DNA of 24,000 nucleotides from Dongia soli. Its GTDB lineage: Bacteria > Pseudomonadota > Alphaproteobacteria > Dongiales > Dongiaceae. The notes beneath the pieces are model-generated. The model saw only the letters and a list, made by a program, of their open reading frames with translations. It had not been told where the DNA came from and did no database searches. Position numbers and translations under genes: made by a program. Where the stretch lies: positions 73,147 to 97,146 of the forward strand of contig NZ_JAXCLW010000010.1 in NCBI RefSeq assembly GCF_034044715.1, in the 5' to 3' direction. Numbering within the stretch: the stretch's first letter is position 1; every line of letters begins with the position of its first letter. This document shows, in pieces, positions 15,784 to 24,000 of this stretch.

Positions 15784-18700
15784 ATGAAATCGGCTAAATG
15801 GGACTTCTGGATCGACCGTGGCGGCACTTTTACAGATATCATTGCCCGCCTCCCGGATGGAACCCTGCGCGCCCATAAGGTGCTGTCGCAGAACCCCGAA
15901 GCCTATCGCGACGCCGCCACCCAAGGCATCCGCGAATTGATGGGGGTGCCTCCCAATACCCCGATTCCCTCCCGGCAGATCGCCACCATCAAGATGGGAA
16001 CGACCGTCGCGACCAATGCGCTGCTGGAGCGCAAGGGCGACCGGACGCTGCTGGTCATCACACGCGGTTTCCGCGATGCGCTGGAGATCGGCTATCAGGC
16101 GCGGCCGGAAATCTTCGCAAAGAAGATCGTTAAGCCGAGCCAGCTCTATGAGCGAGTTCTCGAGATCGATGAACGGATCAGGGCCGATGGCGCGGTCGAG
16201 ACGGCGCCTGATGCGGCCGCCATCCGCCGCGACCTGGAAGCAGCCTTCGCAACGGGCATCCGCGCCTGCGCCATCGTCTTCATGCATGCCTATCGCCATC
16301 CGCAGCATGAGCGGATGGTTGCCGATATCGCCCGGCAGGTCGGCTTCACCCAGGTTTCCGTCTCCCATGAGGTGAGCCCGCTGATCAAACTGGTGGGACG
16401 CGGCGATACCACTGTGGTCGATGCCTATCTCTCGCCGGTCCTGCGGCGCTATGTCGATCAGGTCGCCTCGGAACTGGATGGCGGAGGCGATGGCGATAAA
16501 GACGGCAATGCACGGCTGATGTTCATGATGTCTTCGGGTGGCCTTGCCGATGCGGATCTGGTGCAGGGGCGCGACGCCATTCTCTCCGGTCCGGCCGGCG
16601 GCGTGGTCGGCTGCGTGGAAACGGCGCGCATCGCCGGTTTCGACAAGGTGATCGGCTTCGACATGGGCGGCACCTCCACGGATGTCTCGCATTTCAACGG
16701 CGAATATGAGCGTACGCTGGAAACCGAAGTGGCCGGCGTGCGCATGCGGGCGCCCATGATGCTGATCCACACGGTGGCGGCAGGCGGCGGATCGATCCTG
16801 CAATTCGACGGTTCGCGCTTCCAGGTCGGTCCGGAATCGGCTGGCGCCAATCCGGGGCCGTGCTGCTATCGCCGTGGCGGCCCGCTTGCCGTCACCGATG
16901 CCAATGTCATGACCGGCAAGCTCGATCCGCGCTTCTTTCCGGCGATTTTCGGCCCTGAGCGCAATCAGCCGCTGGATGTGGCGGCGGTGCGCGCGGCTTT
17001 CGCCGAGCTGGCGGCAAAGGTGGGTGCGGGGCGTTCGCCGGAAGCGGTGGCCGACGGCTTCATCCGCATCGCCGTCGAGAACATGGCCAATGCCATCAAG
17101 AAGATCTCCGTCCAGCGCGGCTATGACACGGCGGAATATGCGCTGCAGACCTTCGGCGGCGCGGGCGGGCAGCATGCTTGCCTCGTCGCCGATGCGCTCG
17201 GCATGAAGACGATCCTCATCCATCCGTTCTCGGGCCTGCTTTCCGCTTATGGCATGGGTCTCGCCGATATCCGCGCGACGCGCCAGCGCACGGTGGAAAT
17301 GCCGCTGGAAGCGACGGGGCTGGAGACAGCCCGGAAAATCCTCGACGGCCTGACCGGCGATGTGCGCGACGAGCTGATCCGCCAGGCGGTTGAGGAAGCC
17401 GACATCAGCTACCGCCGCCGGGCCCATATCCGGTATGCCGGCACGGATACCTCGCTCGATGTCGAATTCGGCGATATCGCCGCCATGACCGCCAGTTTCG
17501 AACGCGCCCATCTGGCACGCTTCGGCTTCATCGACGAGACGCGCCGCCTCAGCATCGAGGCCGTCTCGGTCGAGGCGATCGGCGGCGGCGCCCCGGCCGA
17601 GGAGCCCGAGCAGTCGTTGTCGAGCGCGCCGGCAAAGCCGGTGGCCGAGACGCGCTTCTTCTCGCAGGGCGTCTGGCATGAAGCGGCGATCTATCAACGT
17701 GATACGCTGTTCCCCGGCGCACGCCTCGCCGGCCCCTCGCTGCTGGTCGAACCGCATCAGACCATCGTCATCGAAGCTGGCTGGGAGGCCGAGGTCACGG
17801 CGAAGAATCATGTGGTGCTGAATCGCACCGCCGCGGCGCAGGTCGCGCCGAAGATCGGCACCCAGGCCGATCCGGTGATGCTGGAGGTCTTCAACAACCT
17901 CTTCATGTCGATTGCCGAGCAGATGGGGCTAACCCTGCAGAACACCGCCTATTCGGTGAACATCAAGGAGCGGCTGGATTTCTCCTGCGCGATCTTTGAT
18001 GCCGATGGCCGCCTGGTGGCGAATGCGCCGCATATGCCGGTGCATCTGGGATCGATGGACCGCTCGGTCGAAAGCGTGATTCAGGCCCATGAAGGCAATA
18101 TTCAGCCCGGCGACGTCTATGTGATCAACGCCCCTTATAACGGCGGCACGCATCTGCCGGATATCACCGTCGTGACGCCGCTTTTCGATGCGGCAGGTAA
18201 AAAGATCCTGTTCTTCGTTGCCTCCCGCGGCCATCACGCCGATATCGGCGGCGTGGCGCCGGGATCGATGTCGCCGGAAGCAACCACCATCGAGGAAGAG
18301 GGCGTCTATATCGACAACTTCAAGATGGTGGATCGCGGCCGCTTCCTGGAAAAGGAACTGACGCAACTGCTGACCGGCGCCAAATATCCGGTGCGTAATG
18401 TCGTGCAGAACATCAACGATCTGAAGGCGCAGATCGCCGCGAATGAGAAGGGCATCGCCGAACTGCGCCGCATGGCGGATCATTTCGGCCTGGATGTCGT
18501 GCATGCCTATATGGGCCATGTCCAGGACAATGCCGATGAAAGCGTGCGGCGGACGATTTCGCGCCTGTCGGATTCATCCTTCGAATACGAGATGGATCAA
18601 GGCTGCGTCATCCGCGTGAAGATCAGCGTCGATCACGCAAAACGTGAAGCAACAGTGGATTTCACCGGCACCTCGCCGCAGCGAGATGATAACTTCAACG

Positions 18701-19404
18701 CGCCGGAACCGGTGGCGCGCGCCGCCGTCATGTATGTCTTCCGCGTCATGGTGGATGCCAATATCCCGATGAATGCCGGCTGCCTGCGGTCGATCAATCT
18801 GATCGTTCCCAAGGGTTCCATGCTCTCGCCGCAATATCCCGCCGCCGTGGTAGCCGGCAATGTGGAAGTGAGCCAGGCGGTGACGAATTGCCTGTTCGGC
18901 GCACTGGGTGGCCTGGCGGCCACGCAGGGGACGATGAACAATCTCACTTTCGGCAACGACAAATATCAGTATTACGAGACGATCTGTTCCGGTGCACCGG
19001 CCGGCGAAGGGTTCGATGGCGCCCATGCGGTGCAATGCCATATGACCAATTCACGGTTGACCGATCCGGAAATCCTCGAATTGCGTTTCCCCGTGGTGCT
19101 GGAAGACTTCCATATCCGCGCCAATTCCGGCGGTCGCGGTCGCTGGCGCGCCGGTGACGGCACGTCGCGGACCATCCGCTTCCTGGAGCCGATGAGTTGC
19201 GCGATCCTGTCGGGCCATCGTCGCGTGCGTCCCTTCGGCCTGGCGGGCGGCGAGGCCGGGCAACTCGGCGAAAACATCGTCCGACGCAAGGATGGCAGCC
19301 TCGAACGCCTGCAGGGCGCCGACCAGACCTTCATCGAGGCCGGCGAGGCGATCATTGTGCGCACGCCGACCGGTGGCGGCTATGGTGCGCCCGAGGCAAA
19401 ATAG
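15784..19404 (+). CDS. ATP-dependent 5-oxoprolinase / hydantoinase-family lactamase, fused HyuA-HyuB (OPLAH-type)
   Basis: The ORF track gives 15751-19404 (1217 aa). ATG 15784 ([21 protein letters not shown]) is preceded by GAGG at 6-nt spacing and matches the usual family N-terminus. Hydantoinase_A motifs ([22 protein letters not shown]) are followed by a hydantoinase_B half ([43 protein letters not shown]). Confidence 0.95.
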   Translation: MKSAKWDFWIDRGGTFTDIIARLPDGTLRAHKVLSQNPEAYRDAATQGIRELMGVPPNTPIPSRQIATIKMGTTVATNALLERKGDRTLLVITRGFRDALEIGYQARPEIFAKKIVKPSQLYERVLEIDERIRADGAVETAPDAAAIRRDLEAAFATGIRACAIVFMHAYRHPQHERMVADIARQVGFTQVSVSHEVSPLIKLVGRGDTTVVDAYLSPVLRRYVDQVASELDGGGDGDKDGNARLMFMMSSGGLADADLVQGRDAILSGPAGGVVGCVETARIAGFDKVIGFDMGGTSTDVSHFNGEYERTLETEVAGVRMRAPMMLIHTVAAGGGSILQFDGSRFQVGPESAGANPGPCCYRRGGPLAVTDANVMTGKLDPRFFPAIFGPERNQPLDVAAVRAAFAELAAKVGAGRSPEAVADGFIRIAVENMANAIKKISVQRGYDTAEYALQTFGGAGGQHACLVADALGMKTILIHPFSGLLSAYGMGLADIRATRQRTVEMPLEATGLETARKILDGLTGDVRDELIRQAVEEADISYRRRAHIRYAGTDTSLDVEFGDIAAMTASFERAHLARFGFIDETRRLSIEAVSVEAIGGGAPAEEPEQSLSSAPAKPVAETRFFSQGVWHEAAIYQRDTLFPGARLAGPSLLVEPHQTIVIEAGWEAEVTAKNHVVLNRTAAAQVAPKIGTQADPVMLEVFNNLFMSIAEQMGLTLQNTAYSVNIKERLDFSCAIFDADGRLVANAPHMPVHLGSMDRSVESVIQAHEGNIQPGDVYVINAPYNGGTHLPDITVVTPLFDAAGKKILFFVASRGHHADIGGVAPGSMSPEATTIEEEGVYIDNFKMVDRGRFLEKELTQLLTGAKYPVRNVVQNINDLKAQIAANEKGIAELRRMADHFGLDVVHAYMGHVQDNADESVRRTISRLSDSSFEYEMDQGCVIRVKISVDHAKREATVDFTGTSPQRDDNFNAPEPVARAAVMYVFRVMVDANIPMNAGCLRSINLIVPKGSMLSPQYPAAVVAGNVEVSQAVTNCLFGALGGLAATQGTMNNLTFGNDKYQYYETICSGAPAGEGFDGAHAVQCHMTNSRLTDPEILELRFPVVLEDFHIRANSGGRGRWRAGDGTSRTIRFLEPMSCAILSGHRRVRPFGLAGGEAGQLGENIVRRKDGSLERLQGADQTFIEAGEAIIVRTPTGGGYGAPEAK

Positions 19405-19411
19405 GGCGGGG

Positions 19412-19587
19412 TCGTCAGTCGCCACCATGGACCCTCGGATCAAGTCCGAGGGTGACAAGCGAGTTGGAGTGTGCGCCGTGCCCTAAATTGCTGGCATCAT
19501 GATGCCACCGATCATCGCACAGCACTAACCATGAACACAGTTGTCACCCTCGGACTTGATCCGAGGGTCCATGGTTGCGACTAACGA
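19412..19587. repeat. MITE/REP-like palindromic intergenic element: terminal inverted repeats flanking an 82-bp core with a central perfect palindrome
   Basis: 19418-19458 (GTCGCCACCATGGACCCTCGGATCAAGTCCGAGGGTGACAA) matches the reverse complement of 19541-19581 at 40/41. The match extends to 45/47 (19412-19458 versus 19541-19587). Each arm contains its own hairpin, ACCCTCGGA-N5-TCCGAGGGT. The 16-bp perfect palindrome TGGCATCATGATGCCA (19492-19507) sits exactly at the element midpoint (19499.5). Confidence 0.8.
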
Positions 19588-19643
19588 TTGTTACCTGTGC
19601 CGCGCCAATTCATCATTTTTAGCACCACGGCCTGCCTCTTCCG

Positions 19644-19670
19644 TGGACCTCGGATCAAGTGCGAGCAAGC
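19644..19670. repeat. Degenerate third copy of the repeat arm
   Basis: TGGACCTCGGATCAAGTGCGAGCAAGC compares with TGGACCCTCGGATCAAGTCCGAGGGTGACAAGC at 19428-19460. It has the same orientation, with one 1-nt deletion, one 5-nt deletion and one substitution. Confidence 0.45.
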
Positions 19671-19888
19671 ATCCCGGCGGCCCATCTTTCCGCCCGCACG
19701 ATTCTTTTATGTCCATTAAATTTCTTTTCGGCTATGCCTATGCTGGCCGGGCGACGCGGCACCGACCGGAAAACGGCAAGCGTGCGGCGCAAGGACGATG
19801 AGTGCAGGGGAGATGTCATCGGGCGGTCAGGTTTCCGGCGTCCGCTTCTTTCCCGGTTTCTTGGAACGTTCTCGGAAAGGAAGAGCAA

Positions 19889-21676
19889 GTGACCACCTTT
19901 ACCACGCGCCCCGAGATATTGGGCACTTTCGGCGTCGTTACCTCGACCCATTGGATCGCCTCAGCTGTCGGCATGCGCATTCTGGAGCGCGGCGGCAATG
20001 CCTTCGACGCGGCGGTGGCGACGGGATTTGCGCTGCAAGTGGTCGAGCCGCATCTGAACGGCGCCGGCGGCGACATGCCGGCGATCATCTATTCGAAGAA
20101 GAAGGACAAGGTCGAGGTCATTTGCGGCCAGGGACCGGCGCCAGCCAAGGCAACGATTGCGCATTATAAGAGCGAAGGGCTGAAGATCATTCCCGGCGAC
20201 GGATTGCTGGCGACGGTCATCCCCGGCGCTTTCGACGGCTGGATGCTGATGCTGCGTGATTACGGCACGATGTCGGTGCGCGATGTGCTGGAGCCGGCGA
20301 TCTATTATGCCGAGCACGGCCATCCGGTCCTGCCGGCGGTATCGAACGCGATCAAGAACATGGGCGGATTTTTCGAGAAGGAATGGCCCACCTCCTTCGC
20401 CACCTGGCTGCCGGGCGGCCAGGCGCCGGAACCGCATTCGAATTTCAAGAATCCCGCTCTCGCCGAAACCTGGAAGCGGGTGGTCGCCGAGGCCGAGAGC
20501 CGGAAGAATCGGGAAGACCAGGTCGAAGCAGCACGCGACGCCTTCTATCGCGGCTTCATCGCCGAGAAGATTGCCGATTATCTGAAGACGGCCGAAGTGA
20601 TGGATGAAAGTGGCGGCCGTCACAAGGGCGTTCTCAGCGCCGATGACATGGCGAGCTGGCGGGCCACAATCGAGGAGCCGCTGACTTATGATTATCACGG
20701 CTGGACCGTCGCCAAGACCCAGCCCTGGAGCCAAGGACTGGTGCTGCTGCAATCGCTGGCCTTGCTGAAAGGTTTCGATCTCGGCGCGATGGATCCGAAC
20801 GGTGCTGACTTCGTGCACACGGTGATCGAGGCGATGAAGCTCGCTTATGCCGATCGCGAGGTCTATTACGGCGATCCGCAATTCAGCAAGGTGCCGGTGG
20901 GCGATCTGCTGTCGGACGGCTATAACGGCGAACGCCGCCGGCAGATTACAACGCAGGCATCGCTGGAGCTGCGGGCCGGTAAGTTGCCGGGCTTCGAGGC
21001 GCAACATGGGCTGACCGAAAAGGTGCTGGCCAGCATCGAGCCGGCCCAGGGCCCGGTCTATGAACCGACCATGGCACATCTCGCGGAGAAGAAGGGGGAT
21101 ACGGTTCATATCGACGTCATCGACCGCGAGGGCAATATGGTGTCGACCACGCCATCCGGCGGCTGGCTGCAATCCTCGCCGGTCATTCCAGGCCTTGGCT
21201 TCGCGCTCAATTCGCGTGCGCAGATGTTCTGGCTGTCGGACGGGCTGCCGACCTCGCTGGCGCCGCGCAAACGGCCGCGCACCACTTTGACGCCCTCCCT
21301 CGCGCTCTATGAAGGACGGTCGACTTTGGCTTTCGGCACGCCGGGCGGCGATCAGCAGGATCAGTGGCAGTTGATCTTCTTCCTGCGCTATGTGCATCAC
21401 CAGATGAACCTGCAGGCGGCGATCGAGGCCCCGCTGTTCCATTCGATGCATTTCCCGAGCAGCTTCTTCCCGCGCACCGCCGAGCCGGGTCACATGACCA
21501 TCGAAGCCAGCATCGGCGAGCATGTGCTGAACGACTTGCGTAGGCGCGGACATCAACTGACCGTCACCGATCCCTGGACGGTCGGCCGCCTGACGGCGTC
21601 CCGGCGCGATGTCGATGGATTGCTGCGGGCAGCCGCGACGCCGCGGCTGATGCAGGCTTATGCCATCGGGCGGTAG
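19889..21676 (+). CDS. Gamma-glutamyltransferase-family protein (Ntn hydrolase), without signal peptide
   Basis: The ORF track opens at ATG 19802, but GTG 19889 ([28 protein letters not shown]) is preceded by AAGGAAGAG at about 7-nt spacing. The family N-terminus is present ([20 protein letters not shown]). The autoprocessing/nucleophile context is [27 protein letters not shown]-terminal GTPGGDQQ is also present. Confidence 0.9.
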   Translation: MTTFTTRPEILGTFGVVTSTHWIASAVGMRILERGGNAFDAAVATGFALQVVEPHLNGAGGDMPAIIYSKKKDKVEVICGQGPAPAKATIAHYKSEGLKIIPGDGLLATVIPGAFDGWMLMLRDYGTMSVRDVLEPAIYYAEHGHPVLPAVSNAIKNMGGFFEKEWPTSFATWLPGGQAPEPHSNFKNPALAETWKRVVAEAESRKNREDQVEAARDAFYRGFIAEKIADYLKTAEVMDESGGRHKGVLSADDMASWRATIEEPLTYDYHGWTVAKTQPWSQGLVLLQSLALLKGFDLGAMDPNGADFVHTVIEAMKLAYADREVYYGDPQFSKVPVGDLLSDGYNGERRRQITTQASLELRAGKLPGFEAQHGLTEKVLASIEPAQGPVYEPTMAHLAEKKGDTVHIDVIDREGNMVSTTPSGGWLQSSPVIPGLGFALNSRAQMFWLSDGLPTSLAPRKRPRTTLTPSLALYEGRSTLAFGTPGGDQQDQWQLIFFLRYVHHQMNLQAAIEAPLFHSMHFPSSFFPRTAEPGHMTIEASIGEHVLNDLRRRGHQLTVTDPWTVGRLTASRRDVDGLLRAAATPRLMQAYAIGR

Positions 21677-21753
21677 GGAGAAATCGGTTCCCGCCGGTCG
21701 CGTTCGACGATAGGCTGCGATGGTCTGAAGCAACCGCCGTTGGAGCGCGGATC

Positions 21754-22785
21754 ATGAATACGTCGAAGGTCGTTCATGTCGTGAGCTGCCATGCGGAAGG
21801 CGAGGTCGGCGATGTCATCGTCGGCGGCGTCGCCCCGCCGCCGGGCGATACCGTCTGGGAGCAGTCGCGTTTCATCGCCCGGGACGAGACCCTGCGCAAC
21901 TTCGTCCTCAACGAGCCGCGCGGCGGTGTCTTCCGCCATGTGAACCTGCTGGTGCCGCCCAAGGATCCGCGTGCCCAGATGGGCTGGATTATCATGGAAC
22001 CGGCCGATACACCGCCGATGTCGGGATCGAATTCGATCTGTGTCGCCACTGTGCTGCTCGATAGCGGCATCATCCCGATGCAGGAGCCGGAAACCCGCCT
22101 GACCCTGGAAGCGCCGGGCGGGCTGGTCGAGATCGTGGCCACCTGCCGCAATGGCAAGGCCGAAAAGATCCGGGTGCAGAACCTGCCATCCTTCGCCGAT
22201 AAGCTCGACGCGCCGCTGGAAGTGGAGGGGTTGGGCACGCTGAAAGTCGATACCGCCTATGGCGGCGACAGTTTCGTCATCGTCGATGCCCATGCGCTGG
22301 GCTTCGCGATCCGCCCCGACGAGGCCAAGGATATCGCGCAGCTCGGCATGCGCATCACCAAGGCGGCCAATGAACAGCTCGGCTTCAGTCATCCAACGCA
22401 GGATTGGAACCACATCTCCTTCTGCCAGATGGCCGCTCCTCTGACCACGGAAGAAGGGATTGCCTGTGGCGCCAATGCGGTTGCCATCCGGCCGGGGAAG
22501 ATCGACCGCTCGCCGACCGGCACCGGCTGCTCCGCGCGGCTAGCCGTGCTGCATGCCAAGGGCATCCTGAAGGTCGGCGACCGTTTCATCGGCCGCTCCA
22601 TTATCGGCTCGCGCTTCGACTGCGAGATCGTGAAGGAGACCCGGATCGGCGCCAAGCCAGGCATCGTGCCGGCCTTGGCTGGACGCGCCTGGATCACCGG
22701 CACGCATCAACACATGCTGGAACCGACCGATCCCTGGCCCGGCGGCTATCGTCTGTCGGATACCTGGCCAACCGTGGCCGGCTGA
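21754..22785 (+). CDS. Proline-racemase-superfamily enzyme; its active-site pair is Ser/Thr, so it is probably a dehydratase-type member (trans-3-hydroxy-L-proline dehydratase-like) rather than a racemase/epimerase
   Basis: 343 aa. The N-terminus is [21 protein letters not shown]. The first catalytic-position motif is [10 protein letters not shown] (Ser90, codon 22021-22023) where racemases have MCGHN. The second is [14 protein letters not shown] (Thr255, codon 22516-22518) where racemases have DRSPCGTG. GGAG lies 9 nt upstream of the ATG. Confidence 0.9.
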   Translation: MNTSKVVHVVSCHAEGEVGDVIVGGVAPPPGDTVWEQSRFIARDETLRNFVLNEPRGGVFRHVNLLVPPKDPRAQMGWIIMEPADTPPMSGSNSICVATVLLDSGIIPMQEPETRLTLEAPGGLVEIVATCRNGKAEKIRVQNLPSFADKLDAPLEVEGLGTLKVDTAYGGDSFVIVDAHALGFAIRPDEAKDIAQLGMRITKAANEQLGFSHPTQDWNHISFCQMAAPLTTEEGIACGANAVAIRPGKIDRSPTGTGCSARLAVLHAKGILKVGDRFIGRSIIGSRFDCEIVKETRIGAKPGIVPALAGRAWITGTHQHMLEPTDPWPGGYRLSDTWPTVAG

Positions 22786-22877
22786 GGATTGTACGAGCGC
22801 GACGAGGGCAATGGTGGACCAGCCGGCGCGCAGTCCACCCCATGCACCAAATGATAAGATGCGGGTCGGGGGGCTGC

Positions 22878-23285
22878 ATGACAGATGTTGGCGGAAAAAG
22901 CGATTTAACCGCACTCGTATCAACCGATATTTATCGGTTGAAAAAAATGCTTGTCGAGCATCTCGGTTATCTCTGCGTATCCTTCATCAACTGGCTGCTC
23001 TGGCGGCTGACAGCCTTATCAATTCCCACTCTGTTTGTGATCGCCGTGGCATTGATCGCAGAAGCCGTCCACCGGTGGGTCAGTCCGTATTTTCCCAATT
23101 GGGTACGGATCTTCGGCTATCTCTTTTTCGCTTTCTATGCGCTTCCGACACTGGGTTCGCAACAGTGGTTTCAGAAGATCCTATTCCCACAATCATTGTG
23201 GAAAAGGGATCATTCCGCTTGGGATCGCTCTAAAAGAGAATTGTTCATCGTGTGGGCCGCACGGCAGCGACTGCGTGATCTGTAA
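22878..23285 (+). CDS. Hypothetical small membrane protein (2-3 predicted TM helices) in a low-GC islet
   Basis: This is the 3' portion of ORF 22404-23285, beyond the proline-racemase-family gene. From ATG 22878 it reads MTDVGGKSD...LGYLCVSFINWLLWRLTALSIPTLFVIAVALIAEAV...VRIFGYLFFAFYALPTLG. There is no recognisable family, no clear SD, and alternative ATGs at 22842, 22851 and 22947. Composition is atypical. Confidence 0.35.
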   Translation: MTDVGGKSDLTALVSTDIYRLKKMLVEHLGYLCVSFINWLLWRLTALSIPTLFVIAVALIAEAVHRWVSPYFPNWVRIFGYLFFAFYALPTLGSQQWFQKILFPQSLWKRDHSAWDRSKRELFIVWAARQRLRDL

Positions 23286-23447
23286 ACAACATCTCCTGGA
23301 TCTCCGGCCGGTTGACTTCTTGAGCATTCTCTTGACTTTAAAGTCTCGGCCACTGCCGACTTGTCTCCGTTGGACATGGCGCCAGACGCACGAATAACCT
23401 GCACATGCTGCGCCTTCCGCCATATCGCGTGAGGCCTTACGTCTGTG

Positions 23448-24000
23448 ATGGCTCCTGAACCGGAGCTGTCAGAGACGGAGGTCATGTTGAAAACGATCAC
23501 GGACACACCGGCCACCGCGAGCACATGGGCGATTGCAGCCCTGTCGCTCTCGATGCTGATGCCCTCGCTAGACACCAGCATTGCCAATGTCGCTTTGCCG
23601 AGCCTGGCGCGAGCATTCAACGCATCCTTCCAGGACATGCAGTGGATCCTCCTTTCCTATCTGCTCGCCATCACGGCGCTCATCGTCGGGGCCGGCCGGC
23701 TGGGCGATATCGTCGGCCGGCGCCGGTTGCTGCTGGCGGGGATCGGCCTGTTTACCGCAGCCTCGCTGCTCTGCGGTCTCGCCCCGGCATTCTGGCTGCT
23801 GCTTATCGCCCGGGTCGCACAAGGACTTGGCGCTGCGGCCATGATGGCGCTGGCCGTCGCCATGGTCGGCGAGACGGTACCGAAGGAGAGGACAGGCAGG
23901 GCCATGGGGCTGCTCGGCACCATGTCCGCAATCGGCACCAGCTTCGGCCCATCGCTCGGCGGTATGCTGATCAGCGGCTTCGGCTGGCGCTCGATCTTCC
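23448..24000 (+). CDS. MFS transporter, DHA2 (EmrB/QacA)-like, 5' part; continues beyond the right edge
   Basis: The open frame from 23433 to the window end is not in the ORF track because it lacks a stop. It reads ...WAIAALSLSMLMPSLDTSIANVALPSLARAFNASFQDMQWILLSYLLAITALIVGAGRLGDIVGRRRLLLAGIGLFTAASLLCGLAP..LLIARVAQGLGAAAMMALAVAMVGETVPKERTGRAMGLLG. MFS motif A (GRLGDxxGRRR) and the DHA2 N-terminal pattern are present. The start is ATG 23448, GTG 23445 or ATG 23484. Confidence 0.85.
   Translation, partial: MAPEPELSETEVMLKTITDTPATASTWAIAALSLSMLMPSLDTSIANVALPSLARAFNASFQDMQWILLSYLLAITALIVGAGRLGDIVGRRRLLLAGIGLFTAASLLCGLAPAFWLLLIARVAQGLGAAAMMALAVAMVGETVPKERTGRAMGLLGTMSAIGTSFGPSLGGMLISGFGWRSIF

Noticed and set aside
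15769-17811. 680-aa ORF antisense to the oxoprolinase gene. Similar long antisense or shadow ORFs lie at 19961-21733, 13547-15064, 6663-7703, 8197-9072, 10523-11404, 11512-12153 and 4988-5785.
   Set aside because: Their translations are low-complexity and Arg/Gly/Ala/Asp-rich, with no family motifs. The opposite strand in each case encodes a protein with unmistakable conserved motifs. Long stop-free antisense frames are expected in GC3-rich genes.
19051-19801. Two ORFs on opposite strands (19051-19458 minus, 19541-19801 plus) that both begin MSPSDLIRGSMVAT.
   Set aside because: The shared peptide is just the translation of the two inverted arms of the palindromic repeat element. The remainder of each ORF is antisense to the oxoprolinase gene or is intergenic junk.
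22404-22877. The first 158 codons of ORF 22404-23285, which overlap the 3' half of the proline-racemase-family gene in another frame.
   Set aside because: The translation is Arg/His-rich nonsense ([29 protein letters not shown]...). Only the part beyond 22878 has protein-like, membrane-helix character.
22921-22940. Hairpin CAACCGAT-ATTT-ATCGGTTG next to a run of seven A residues, a possible terminator after the proline-racemase-family gene.
   Set aside because: The homopolymer is A on the plus strand after the stem, and T before the stem on the minus strand. Neither orientation gives the hairpin-then-U-tract of an intrinsic terminator.
23349-23355. GCCACTG, identical to the core of the cobalamin-riboswitch B12 box, upstream of the MFS gene in a window that also encodes a B12 enzyme.
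   Set aside because: The surrounding 160 nt lack the other conserved riboswitch blocks (GGGAA, CCGGTG..AA..TCCGG, and so on) and lack an obvious multi-stem architecture. A 7-mer match is expected by chance.
1-24000. Search for CRISPR arrays, tRNA/rRNA genes, IS elements, integrases, toxin-antitoxin pairs or known defence-system genes.
   Set aside because: None were found. There are no regularly spaced direct repeats, no cloverleaf-like segments noticed in the intergenic regions, and no ORF with transposase, recombinase, nuclease or ATPase defence signatures. The only repeat family is the palindromic element at 19412-19670.

Overview
High-GC alphaproteobacterial region, Rhizobiaceae-like by gene content and repeat style, though the taxon cannot be proven from this window. 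It reads as accessory metabolic DNA. I can support 17 intact protein genes, one doubtful small ORF, two edge-truncated genes, one pseudogene scar, one terminator-like hairpin, a MITE/REP-like palindromic element and a shared palindromic operator candidate. I saw no rRNA, tRNA, CRISPR, integrase or transposase. Layout: (i) 1-5724, minus strand. A coenzyme-B12-type diol/glycerol dehydratase (alpha-beta fusion plus gamma) is translationally coupled to an isochorismatase-family hydrolase and a stand-alone class-I glutamine amidotransferase. A Tat-signal PotD/F-like binding protein follows, and its ABC importer probably continues off the left edge. There are no reactivase, microcompartment or aldehyde-handling genes. 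(ii) 5940-10005. A frameshifted C-terminal scar of an RND pump, then pqiB-pqiC-pqiA (MCE-type envelope transport system) in non-E. coli order. (iii) 10259-22785. A MarR-centred divergon. One arm holds MarR and a PotABCD-like ABC importer with a pyroglutamyl-peptidase-I gene embedded in the operon. The other arm holds a fused HyuA/HyuB 5-oxoprolinase, a signal-less gamma-glutamyltransferase-like protein and a proline-racemase-family enzyme with Ser/Thr in place of the Cys/Cys pair. Together these look like an undescribed uptake and catabolic locus for pyroglutamyl/gamma-glutamyl (lactam-type) compounds. (iv) 22790-24000. An islet of about 49% GC with a small membrane-protein ORF, then the 5' part of a DHA2-type MFS transporter. 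All functional calls rest on my recognition of family motifs in the supplied translations and on reading the DNA by eye. No database search was possible.
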